The position numbers and the translations under genes are program-made. A stretch of DNA of 64,000 nt, taken from a virus. Taxonomy: Duplodnaviria; Caudoviricetes. The notes beneath the pieces are model-generated. The model saw only the letters and a program-made list of their open reading frames with translations. It searched no databases and was not told where the DNA came from. Positions within the stretch are counted from its first letter, which is position 1; every line of letters begins with the position of its first letter. The stretch lies in IMG/VR virus record IMGVR_UViG_2891456851_000002, positions 2,519 to 66,518 of that record. One strand, given 5' to 3'. Shown piece by piece: positions 27,660 to 36,800 of this stretch.

Positions 27660-28971
27660 CCCTCGTGAAGACGAACTGGCTGAACGCTGCGACATCGCTT
27701 CAGGTCACGGAACCGGAGGAGGTTCCGGGCGCCACGAAGCTCGGGCTGCAGGTGAGCGCCTCAGGCAACCCCAGCTCCGCACTCGTGTGGCTGCAGGGGT
27801 CGATCGACGGGGTGAACTGGCACAACCTGCTGGGGCTGGACGCGGCCGGATCGCCGAAGCTCGGTTTCGTCGGTACCTCGACAGGCGTGGTGGTCAGGTA
27901 CGTACGGCTGGAACTTTCGGCGCTGACCGGTGGGACGTCACCCGCGGTGAGCGCGAGCCTCGTTGCCACCGAAGGAGTCTGACGGTGGTGACGGCGGCGC
28001 GGGTCACGGCCGGGAATGCCGCCGTGGCCCTGAACACGGCCAGCACCTCTGGCCAGAAGCTGACGATCAAAAATACGGACACCACCAACGGCGTCGACCT
28101 TGGCGGGCCAGGAGTGACGGCGGGCACGGGGTTCCCTCTGCCCAACGGCGCTCAGGTCACGGTCGAACTGGCGCCCGGCGACGTCGTGTACGCCATTCGC
28201 TCCGCAGGAGCGGACGTCGTGCTCGCGGTCCTGCGAACCTGAAGGAGAAGACATGCCTGTCATGGAGGGCACCCGGGGTCTGAAGGAGGCCCGCGGCGAG
28301 TACGACTTCGCCGTCGACGGCGGCGCGGTCGGCACGATCGTGCTGCGGTCGGCGCCGGGCGACAGCAACGGCAACGACATCCCGAACGGTTCGCTCATCA
28401 TGGGCGGCTACATCGAGGTCGACACCATCCCGACCTCCGGCGGCGCCGCGACCATCGCCGTCGCCTCCGAGGGTGCCGGCGATCTGCAGACCGCTGCCGC
28501 CATCTCCGGCCCGCCCTGGTCGACGACCGGTCGTAAGGCGATCACGCCGGTCTTCACGGCCGCGACCGGTGTGAAGACCACCGCACGCAGGAACCTGGCC
28601 ATCGCTGTTGCGACGGCGGCGCTGACGGCGGGCAAGTTCCGCGTCGTCGTCTTCTACCGGTAGGAGGGGTGATGGCTCTGCAGTTCGTGAAGCGGCCGGA
28701 CGGCGACGCCGGGCATGTCATCGCGACGGCCCGGCTCTGCCGCACAGAAGACGACCGCCTCGTCCCCGACAGCGACCCGGACGCCCGCTGGCTGTACTGC
28801 ACGCCCGGAACGCCGATCCCGCGGGCTGAGGCGGAGCGGTACGGCCTACTGAAGGCCCAGGCCGACGAGCCGGAGCCCGATGCGGGCGGCGACGAGTCGG
28901 GCGGCGGGCCTGCCGCCAAGCGGGCGCGGCGCCCGGCCGATAAGGCGCGCGCTCCGCAGGGGGAAAAGTAG
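27656..28971 (+). CDS. Four small putative head-associated proteins (27656-27982, 27988-28242, 28253-28663, 28672-28971)
   Basis: Beta-rich Gly/Thr/Ala sequences in the late operon; good RBSs. Confidence 0.6.
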
Positions 28972-28984
28972 GCGGGGGTGAGTC

Positions 28985-29569
28985 GTGCCCCGTAAGAACT
29001 TGTGCCCGAACCCGTGTTTGACGAACGATGTCGCGGGTTGGGGCGGCGGCGGCACGCCGGTCCGTACGGACGTGTCCGGGCTCGGGTTCGCCCGGCAGTG
29101 GGCGGCCAGGTACGACACGGGGTCGTTCGTTTTGTCCCCGCAGGGTGCGGTCACTCCGGGCCTGACCTACACGGTGTCGGTCTATCTCCGCCCGGAGTCG
29201 TTCCCGATCAGCGGGACCGTGTGGATTGAGTTTTTGGATTCCGGCGGCGGGTCTCTGACGTTCGTCAACGGCGCGTTCTCGGCCCCGGATGGGGTGGTCA
29301 CGCGGATCAGCATGACCGGCACCGCCCCGACGGGCGCTGTCACCTGCTGGCTGGTGGTGACCGGCGAGAACTACGCGGTGAACGCCACCAGCTACACGAT
29401 GTGCCTCATCGAGCAGTCCGCCAGTGCGGGGACCTACTTCGACGGCTCGTCGCCGGGTGCCGTCTGGGACGGCACCCCGGGCAACAGCACGTCCACCCTC
29501 CCCGATGCCGCCGCCGCGCCGCCGCCGCAGTCGCCGTATCGGCGCCGCCGCCACCTGTTGATCCGCTGA
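28985..29569 (+). CDS. Carbohydrate-binding-like virion protein
   Basis: NLCPNP...VTPGLTYTVSVYLR...TAPTGA...YFDG pattern of CBM4/9-like phage domains. Confidence 0.55.
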   Translation: MPRKNLCPNPCLTNDVAGWGGGGTPVRTDVSGLGFARQWAARYDTGSFVLSPQGAVTPGLTYTVSVYLRPESFPISGTVWIEFLDSGGGSLTFVNGAFSAPDGVVTRISMTGTAPTGAVTCWLVVTGENYAVNATSYTMCLIEQSASAGTYFDGSSPGAVWDGTPGNSTSTLPDAAAAPPPQSPYRRRRHLLIR

Positions 29570-29591
29570 CCCATCAAGTGAGGGATGCTCT

Positions 29592-30248
29592 ATGGCCGTG
29601 ACCGTGGCCGTGTACGGCAAGCTGCAGCAGTCGCTGTGGGAAGGCCGCATCAACTTCAGCAGCGACACCATCAAGGCGATGCTGCTCAGCAGCTACACCG
29701 TCGGCAGCACGCAGGACACGGCGCAGTTCCTGTCCGACGTCGTCACCGCCGGCGTCGGCGTCGAGACCTCCGGGTCGGGTTACACCTCGGGCGGTGCGAC
29801 GCTCGCGTCGAAGACCGTCACCTACACCGCGGCGAACTCCTGGAGCGTGCAGCGGGCCAACAGCACGGCCTACGCGGCCGGGGACGTGGTCCGCCCGGCG
29901 TCGGCGAACGGCTACGTCTACCAGGCCACGACCGCAGGCACCTCCGGTGGATCAGTCCCCACCTTCCCCACGGTGATCGGGCAGACGGTCACGGACGGCG
30001 GAGTGACGTGGGCCTGCGTCGGCCGCGGCGTGCTGGTCATCGACGCGGCGGACCCGTCGTGGACCACCAGCAACCCGGGCACGTTGGCCGGCTCGCACAT
30101 CCTGTTCTACAAGGACACCGGCACTCCGAGCACCAGCCCGGTGATCCTGTACTGGGACCTCGGCGGCACACAAACCGCCTCGAACGGCGGCCCGTTCACC
30201 GCCCAGTTGGACAACGGCGAGGGCCTGTTGACCACCTTCACGGGATAA
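29592..30248 (+). CDS. Putative virion protein with an inserted WxxxTAYxxGD module
   Basis: DTIKAMLL...SGYTSGGATL...DAADPSW; internal RANSTAYAAGDVVRP...DGGVTW. Confidence 0.55.
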   Translation: MAVTVAVYGKLQQSLWEGRINFSSDTIKAMLLSSYTVGSTQDTAQFLSDVVTAGVGVETSGSGYTSGGATLASKTVTYTAANSWSVQRANSTAYAAGDVVRPASANGYVYQATTAGTSGGSVPTFPTVIGQTVTDGGVTWACVGRGVLVIDAADPSWTTSNPGTLAGSHILFYKDTGTPSTSPVILYWDLGGTQTASNGGPFTAQLDNGEGLLTTFTG

Positions 30249-30252
30249 CCGA

Positions 30253-33120
30253 GTGGCCCGGGTCGCAGCCCTCGGCGACGGAGCAACCAACGGGGCCACC
30301 GTCACCACGGCCAACTCCGGCCGCAAAGCGGGGATACCGTTCGACTCGACCACCATCGGGTCCGGGGCGACCCTGACGTGGGACACCGCGCACGCCGGAT
30401 ACCACGGCACGGCCGCCCTGCACGTAACAACCGGCGCCTCGGCCGCCAACGTGTGGGGCCGCTGGGACAACATGTTCCGGCCCAGCGCCGGGGCCGCCCA
30501 GGTCGCGACGGCCTGGATGTACTTCACCGCGAACCCCGCCGCCACGACCACCGTGCTGTTCGTCGGCAACACCACCGCGCAGCGGATCTGCGAGCTGAGG
30601 GTCACCGCAACCGGCCGCGTCCGCGCGGTCAACTCGGCGGGGACGACGGTCGTGGACACCACCAACGCCATCGCGTTGAACCAGTGGATCCGCGCCGACT
30701 TGCTGTTCACCCCCGACGCGTCCAACGGGGTGCTGCAGCTCAAGCTGTACAACAACCCGGCGAGCGCCACACCGACGGAGACGACGGCGGTCTTCACGGG
30801 CCAGAACCTGCGGCAGGCCGACCCGTCCCTGTACCTCGTGGGCGTCGCCAACGGCGCGACGAACATCTCCTACTGGGTGCAGGCGGCGTTCACCGACGGG
30901 GCACCGCCGCCGTTCGGGGCGGTCGGCTGGGTGATGTCCCGCTGGCTCGGCGCGGTCACGTCCACCTCGGCCAGTGTGGCAGCCCGGGTCCTGGGCGCGA
31001 GCTCCGTCCGGCTGAAGGTCTCCACCAGCTCAGACCTGTCCGCTTCGCCGGTGTTCTCGTCCGCCCAGGTGCCGGACGCCGACGGCACCGTGCGGATGAC
31101 CGTGACCGGGCTGTCGGCGGACACGGCGTACTACTACGGGATCGAGGTCGACGGGGTCGTCGACACGGAGTACGGCGGGAGCTTCAGCACCGCGCCGACG
31201 CCGGGGACGCCGAAGTCGTTCACGTTCTGCGCCGCGAGCTGCGCGTCGAACAACAGCAACGCGACCACGTTCGACGCGATCCGCGCAGAGAACCCGAGCT
31301 TCTTCGTTCACCTCGGTGACCTGCATTACCGGGACCTGACCAGCAACGACCAGATCGCCTATCAGCGGGCGTACGACCAGGTGATGTCGTCGCCACGGCA
31401 GCTGGCGTTCTTCGGGGCGTTACCGGTGCCGTACATCTGGTCCGATCACGACAGCGTCGGGGCGAACGGCGACGGCACGGCGGCGAGCGTCCCGGCCGCG
31501 AACGCGGTCTACAGGTCCAGGGTGCCGGCCTACGGCGACATGCCGGCGGTCACAGGGACCTACTTCTCGTGGACGTGGGGGCGGGTGCGGTTCGTCTGCA
31601 CCGACGGCCGGTCCTTCATGTCGCCGATCGCCCAGACCGACGACGCGTCCAAGACGAAGTTGGGCAGCACGCAGAAGGCGTGGCTGCTCGACCAGCTGAC
31701 CGACCCGACGTATCCGCTGATCATCTGGTGCCACGAGGACGCGATCAGCAACGGCCTGACCTTCGTGGGAGATGACACCTGGTCGGCGTACTCGACGGAG
31801 CGCCAGGAGATCTTCGACGCCATCGCCGCGGCCGGAACGAACGTCGCCTACATCTGCGGCGACCTCCACTCCCTGGCGGCCGACGACGGCACCAACGTCC
31901 CCGCGGCCGGAGCGAACAGCGGCGTGCCGGTGCATGTCGCCGCGGCGATGGACAACACCTCGTTCAAGGGGAACGGCGTCTACACGGCAGGCACCTACCC
32001 GGCGACGGACGGCGTGCTGGTCAACCACTACGGCCTGTTCACCATCACCGACACCGGCTCCCAGATCAGCCTCGCTTTCGCGGGCAAGGACGCCGGCGGG
32101 GTAACCAGGGTCAGCCAGACCACCACCTGGACGCTGAGCACGCCGCAGAACGCCACGCCGTCCGGTTCGGCCGGCGCCGTCCAGGTGCGCGCATCCGCTG
32201 GTGCTGTGACGGCGGTCCGGGCCGCCCCGATCGCCGGCGGTCCGGGGGCGGTCCGGGTGCGTGCCCCGAGCGCTGCGGTCCAGGCGGTCCAGAACTCGTC
32301 GCTGCCTGCCCGGGCCGGTGCGGTACGGCTCGCGCCGTCGACCGGGGCTGTGCTCGCTGTGCAGGAGGCGCCCGTCGCCGGCGTGCCCGGCAGTGTGCGG
32401 GTGCGGGCCTCGGCGGGTGCCGTGCTGTCGGTCCGGCGGACTCTGCCTGCCGGGTTGGCAGGCGCGGTTCGGCTGCGTGCGTCGGCCGGTGCGGTCCTCG
32501 GCGAACAGGTCGCGGCGGTCTCCGGCGGGCCGGGGTCGGTACGGCTGCACGGGGCCCCCGGGGGCGTTGCGACGGTTCAGCAGGCGTTCCCCGCGGCTGG
32601 CGGGGGGCGAGTCGTCATCCGCGCATCTGCCGGCGCGGTGTCCACCGCCGTGGGCGGCACGTCGGTCACGGTCGGCGGGCGCGCCGGTGGGGTGCTGCTG
32701 CGCGCCGCGCAGGCGACCGTGCTGGCCGTCCAGGAGCAGCCGGTCACCGGCGCGCCCGGGGCGCTGACTGTACGGCCGGGGGCGGGGGCAGTGCTCGCCG
32801 TCCAGCGCCAGACCCCTGCCGGGGTGGCAGGAGTCGTGCGGCTGTCGGCCGGGTCCGCGCGGGTCTTGGCCGTTCAGTCCGCGGTCCCGGCCGGTGCCGC
32901 CGGCGTGATCCGGGTGCGCGGCGGCGCCGGAGCGCTGGCCGGCCCCGTCACGGTCGTGCTGCAGGGGACGGCCGCCTCGATCTGGTGCCGCCCCGGCCGA
33001 GGGTCGGTGCTGGCCGGCGGGACGCCCACCGTCACCCGGGGAGCCATGACGGCGGCAGCGCGAACGGGCGCTCAGGCGGTGCGCCGCGAAAGGGCCGGAG
33101 CACGGATGGGAGGCCGCTGA
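30253..33120 (+). CDS. Multidomain protein: lectin-like N-terminus, FN3-like domain, PhoD-type metallophosphatase, C-terminal Ala/Gly/Val repeats
   Basis: FCAASC; HLGDLHYRD; WSDHD; TDGRSF; LGSTQKAWL; ICGDLH. Confidence 0.8.
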   Translation: MARVAALGDGATNGATVTTANSGRKAGIPFDSTTIGSGATLTWDTAHAGYHGTAALHVTTGASAANVWGRWDNMFRPSAGAAQVATAWMYFTANPAATTTVLFVGNTTAQRICELRVTATGRVRAVNSAGTTVVDTTNAIALNQWIRADLLFTPDASNGVLQLKLYNNPASATPTETTAVFTGQNLRQADPSLYLVGVANGATNISYWVQAAFTDGAPPPFGAVGWVMSRWLGAVTSTSASVAARVLGASSVRLKVSTSSDLSASPVFSSAQVPDADGTVRMTVTGLSADTAYYYGIEVDGVVDTEYGGSFSTAPTPGTPKSFTFCAASCASNNSNATTFDAIRAENPSFFVHLGDLHYRDLTSNDQIAYQRAYDQVMSSPRQLAFFGALPVPYIWSDHDSVGANGDGTAASVPAANAVYRSRVPAYGDMPAVTGTYFSWTWGRVRFVCTDGRSFMSPIAQTDDASKTKLGSTQKAWLLDQLTDPTYPLIIWCHEDAISNGLTFVGDDTWSAYSTERQEIFDAIAAAGTNVAYICGDLHSLAADDGTNVPAAGANSGVPVHVAAAMDNTSFKGNGVYTAGTYPATDGVLVNHYGLFTITDTGSQISLAFAGKDAGGVTRVSQTTTWTLSTPQNATPSGSAGAVQVRASAGAVTAVRAAPIAGGPGAVRVRAPSAAVQAVQNSSLPARAGAVRLAPSTGAVLAVQEAPVAGVPGSVRVRASAGAVLSVRRTLPAGLAGAVRLRASAGAVLGEQVAAVSGGPGSVRLHGAPGGVATVQQAFPAAGGGRVVIRASAGAVSTAVGGTSVTVGGRAGGVLLRAAQATVLAVQEQPVTGAPGALTVRPGAGAVLAVQRQTPAGVAGVVRLSAGSARVLAVQSAVPAGAAGVIRVRGGAGALAGPVTVVLQGTAASIWCRPGRGSVLAGGTPTVTRGAMTAAARTGAQAVRRERAGARMGGR

Positions 33121-33950
33121 TGGCGTGGGACCTCGGTGACGTCGTACCGCTGTCCGTCACCGTCACGAACCCGGCGGGCCAGGCGGAGGACGCGACCGCC
33201 GTCCACCTGACGATCACCCTGCCGGACGGCACGTCCGAAACGTACGGCCCAATCGCGTCGACGACGGCCGGGGTGTACGACTACGACTACGCCACGGTAC
33301 AGGCGGGACGGCACGTGGCCCGCTGGGTCGCGACCGGAACCAACGCGTCGGCGTACGTCGATGCGTTTGATGTCACACCGATTGATGGTGGGGACTTCAT
33401 CAGCCTGGCCGACGCGCAGGATCACCTGAAGCTGACCTCGACGGGCGATGAGGAGAAGCTCCGGGGCTTCGTGGCGGCGGCCTGCCAGATGATCACGGAT
33501 CGGGTGGGGCAGGTCGCCCCGCTGACCGTGGTCCACGACGTCACCGGATGCGGTCGAACGGTCGTCCTGCCGGCCCGCCCCGTCATCGCCGTGACGAGCG
33601 TCGAAGAACTGCCGGGCCTGACCACCATCCCAGAGGCCGACCCTGCCGCTCAGGTGGACGGCTGGGCCCTCACCTCGGCCGAGGGCGTCCTCACCCTCAC
33701 CCGGCCGTATCGGGCGGTCCGCGTCACCTACAGGGCCGGACGCAACCCCGTCCCGGCCAACTACCGTCTGGCGGCGCTGGAACTGACCGCGCACCTGTGG
33801 CGCACCAGTCAGCTCAACACCGGCGGCGGCAGGCCCCCGGTCGGGGTGGATGAGGTGGTCGTGCCCGGCGTCACCTTCGCTCTGCCGTACAACGTCCGCC
33901 AGCTCCTCGGGTTGGACAAGAGGCCGCAGGATGAGGTGCTGGTCGGGTGA
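33120..33950 (+). CDS. Head-tail connector/adaptor with an N-terminal Ig-like part
   Basis: ISLADAQDHLKL...DEEKLRGFVAAA...YRAG...LAALELTAHLW. Confidence 0.75.
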   Translation: MAWDLGDVVPLSVTVTNPAGQAEDATAVHLTITLPDGTSETYGPIASTTAGVYDYDYATVQAGRHVARWVATGTNASAYVDAFDVTPIDGGDFISLADAQDHLKLTSTGDEEKLRGFVAAACQMITDRVGQVAPLTVVHDVTGCGRTVVLPARPVIAVTSVEELPGLTTIPEADPAAQVDGWALTSAEGVLTLTRPYRAVRVTYRAGRNPVPANYRLAALELTAHLWRTSQLNTGGGRPPVGVDEVVVPGVTFALPYNVRQLLGLDKRPQDEVLVG

Positions 33951-34396
33951 GCGTGTCCACGGTCCCGGCTGTCCTGGACGCGATCCTGTCCGCCGTACGG
34001 GCCGCCCTGCCCGACGTTGAGGTGTGGGACGGGCAGCCGGTCAAACAAACCCGCGACGACGTGATCTGCATCGCGTTCACGGGCGAACCCGGAGAGGCCG
34101 CGGTCACGGCCACGATCACACTGGAGCAGATGGCGGTAGACCCCCGCCGGGAGTCGTACACCATCACCTGCCTGGCCTCCTCATGGAAGGGCGAGGCCAG
34201 CAACGCCAAGGCCGTGCGTGACCGCGCCTACGAGCTCGTGGACGGTGTGGTGGCCGCCCTCGCCCAGGACCAAGCCCTCGGGGCGCTGGTGATGCGGGCG
34301 ATGGTCTCCACGCAGGCGTTCGCGCAGGAGCAGACCACCAGAGGCGCGGTCTCGACCGTGCAGTTCGGCATTCACATCGACGCGTACACGAGGTGA
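33947..34396 (+). CDS. Putative tail terminator/completion protein
   Basis: Position; VEVWDG...DQALG. Confidence 0.6.
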   Translation: MSVSTVPAVLDAILSAVRAALPDVEVWDGQPVKQTRDDVICIAFTGEPGEAAVTATITLEQMAVDPRRESYTITCLASSWKGEASNAKAVRDRAYELVDGVVAALAQDQALGALVMRAMVSTQAFAQEQTTRGAVSTVQFGIHIDAYTR

Positions 34397-34399
34397 GTC

Positions 34400-34825
34400 A
34401 TGCCGTCGGCTGGTGAAGAGATCCTGCGCGTGCTCGACGTGTTCGGGCCGATCCCGGCTGAGATCCGCAAGGAGATCAGGCCCGCGCTGCGGAAGGTCGC
34501 CGAGCCGATCCTCGCGCAGGCGAAGGTCAACGCGGCCTGGTCGTCGCGGATCCCCGGGGCGATCGGGATCTCCACGTCGTTCTCCCGGAAGACCGCAGGC
34601 GTCGCGATCACGGTGTCGGCGAAGAAGGCCCCGCACGCCCGCCCATTCGAACACCTCGGCCGGCAGGGCACCTTCCGGCACCCGGTGTTCGGCAACCGCG
34701 AGAAATGGGTGTCGCAGACGGCGCGGCCGTTCCTGTTCCCGGCGGTTGCGTCGGCTGATGACGACCTGGTCCGGGAGACCGGGCGGGTGGTCGAGCAGGT
34801 CGCCCGCAAGCACGGGTTCCGCTGA
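34400..34825 (+). CDS. HK97 gp10-like tail component
   Basis: APHARPFEHLG...ARPFLFPA. Confidence 0.75.
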   Translation: MPSAGEEILRVLDVFGPIPAEIRKEIRPALRKVAEPILAQAKVNAAWSSRIPGAIGISTSFSRKTAGVAITVSAKKAPHARPFEHLGRQGTFRHPVFGNREKWVSQTARPFLFPAVASADDDLVRETGRVVEQVARKHGFR

Positions 34826-34843
34826 TTCCGAAAGGACACATTC

Positions 34844-35472
34844 ATGGCGACGTTGACCACCCAGGTCGTCCCGCTCACGGGGCTGGCCATCAACTTCACG
34901 AACGCGGCCGGCGGAGGCGACAAGTGCACCACCGGCGACGGGGTGACGCTGCTCGTCCGCAACGACGACTCGACCGCGACGACGGTCACGCTGGCGACGC
35001 CTGAGGTGATCGACGGTGACCTGACGGTCTCCGACCGGGCGGTGACCGTGGCCGCGAGCGCCATCGAGGCGATCCCCGTCTCCTCCCGCTACCGCGACCC
35101 GGCGACCGGGCTGGCGTCCATCACCTACTCCAAGACCACGTCCCTGCAGGTCGCCTGCATCCGGAGGTAACCACTGTGAAGCTCGTGAGAATCGTCCACC
35201 CGGACGGGTTGGAAGCCGACGTGCCCGAGTCGGCGGTGCCGCAGCACCGGGCGTCGGGCTGGGAGCTGGCGAACCCGCCGACCCCGAGGGAGCGGGTCCG
35301 GCAGATCCTTGTCGGCGGCGGGCTGGCGGAGGACGAGGCGGAGAGGGTCGCCGCGGCGGCCTACCCCGACGACGGCAAGCAGAGCAAGGGAGCCCCGGCG
35401 CAGTCCGGGGCTTCTTCATCGGAGGACCAGTCGCCGCAGCGTCGGCGCGGAACCGCTAAGGACGGTGAGTGA
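34844..35472 (+). CDS. Two hypothetical virion-region genes (34844-35170, 35176-35472)
   Basis: Position and coupling. Confidence 0.6.
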
Positions 35473-35475
35473 GTT

Positions 35476-35961
35476 ATGGCGGCCACGCCGATCGCTGCTG
35501 AGACCCGGTATTTCAACCCGGAGACGACGAAGGTCTACTGGGTGCCGACCATTTCCAATAAGGCGGCTCCGACCCGATCGGAGCTGAACGCGGGCACGGA
35601 CGTCAGCAGGGCAATCGCCGACGTCAACGGCTGGCAGGTGTCCAGTGAGATGATCGACGTGCCGGACATGGGGTCGCGGTTCATCAGCAAGATCCCGGGC
35701 CGGATCTCGGCGAACGACTCGTCGATCACCTACTACATGGACACCGCCGGCGTGGACGCCCGGACGGTGATGCCGCGTGACACCACGGGCTACATCGTGT
35801 GGCTCGACGGCGGCGACGTGGCCGGCCGGAAGTGCGATGTCTTCCCCGTCACCGTCAGCTCGCACGGTAAGTCGCGGTCGGCGGGTGCGGAGCCCGCCCG
35901 GATCACGATCCAGTACGCCATCACGTCCGAGCCGGCTGAGAACGTGTCCATCCCGTCGTGA
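35476..35961 (+). CDS. Major tail (tube) protein
   Basis: KVYWVPTI...APTRSELNAG...VWLDGGD...DVFPV; lies before TAC and TMP. Confidence 0.8.
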   Translation: MAATPIAAETRYFNPETTKVYWVPTISNKAAPTRSELNAGTDVSRAIADVNGWQVSSEMIDVPDMGSRFISKIPGRISANDSSITYYMDTAGVDARTVMPRDTTGYIVWLDGGDVAGRKCDVFPVTVSSHGKSRSAGAEPARITIQYAITSEPAENVSIPS

Positions 35962-36494
35962 GCAGTCTGCGTGAGCAGCTCCGGGCCCGGGAGCGGCCGA
36001 GCCTCGACTACGAGCTGCCGGTCGGGGATGCCTTTGGAGCGAAGCGGGACCTGGCGGCGGCGGAAGACGCCCACCGCCAGGCCCTGCGGCTCCTGGCCAA
36101 GGCTGCCACCGCTGAGGGTGCCGGGGACGACGAGGCGGCGCAGGCTGCTGTGGCGGAGACGCGGCAGGCGGTCGCGCAGGCTGAGCAGGCCCTCGACGCC
36201 TGCTACGTCCACATCAAGCTGGTCGCGATGCCGCCGGACGAGTACGAGGCGCTCAAGGCGCTGCACCCGCCGCGGCCGGGCACCGACGACAAGGAGTACG
36301 ACAGTACGACCTTCCCGCGGGAGTGTTTCCTGGCGTGCGCCACGGAGCTGACGCCGGAGGAGTGGGAGCCGATCCTGCGGGAGAACTTGACGCACGCCGA
36401 GCGTGAGGACCTGTTCTTGCTGGCGGAGGCTGTGAACACGCGGTTGGTGAACGCGGCCCTCCCAAAAGGTTCGAGGTCGACCCGCAGCTCCTGA
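35958..36494 (+). CDS. Tail assembly chaperone (G)
   Basis: Between tail tube and TMP; ends just after a slippery site. Confidence 0.8.
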   Translation: MSSLREQLRARERPSLDYELPVGDAFGAKRDLAAAEDAHRQALRLLAKAATAEGAGDDEAAQAAVAETRQAVAQAEQALDACYVHIKLVAMPPDEYEALKALHPPRPGTDDKEYDSTTFPRECFLACATELTPEEWEPILRENLTHAEREDLFLLAEAVNTRLVNAALPKGSRSTRSS

Positions 36495-36799
36495 CGGAGT
36501 TGGAGGTCTGCGAGCGCTACGGCATCCCCCACAGCGAGTTCCTCAAGTGGTCCAAGGACGACCGGGACAAGGCGCTCGCTCTGCACCTGCGGAAGCGGTC
36601 GACCTGCAAGCACTGCGGCACCCGGCCGGAGGAGTGGGACGAACGCCGCGGCGGATCCCGCAACGCCTACGTCCCGGACATCGATCGCTGCCGCGGCTGT
36701 GAGCAGATGCAGGCGTACGACGCTTCCCTGAGCCCCGAGGACCGCAAAGAGCTGGGGCGCGGGATCTACATCGTGCTGAGACGCAGACGGGAGGTGTGA
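36461..36799 (+). CDS. Tail assembly chaperone T part, reached by -1 frameshift at C CCA AAA (36461-36467)
   Basis: In-frame X XXY YYZ heptamer; the -1 frame is open to 36799. Confidence 0.8.
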   Translation, partial: PKRFEVDPQLLTELEVCERYGIPHSEFLKWSKDDRDKALALHLRKRSTCKHCGTRPEEWDERRGGSRNAYVPDIDRCRGCEQMQAYDASLSPEDRKELGRGIYIVLRRRREV

Positions 36800-36800
36800 C

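Noticed and set aside
32140-33110. Collagen-like fibre
   Set aside because: Repeats are Ala/Gly/Val units of about 22 aa, not Gly-X-Y triplets.
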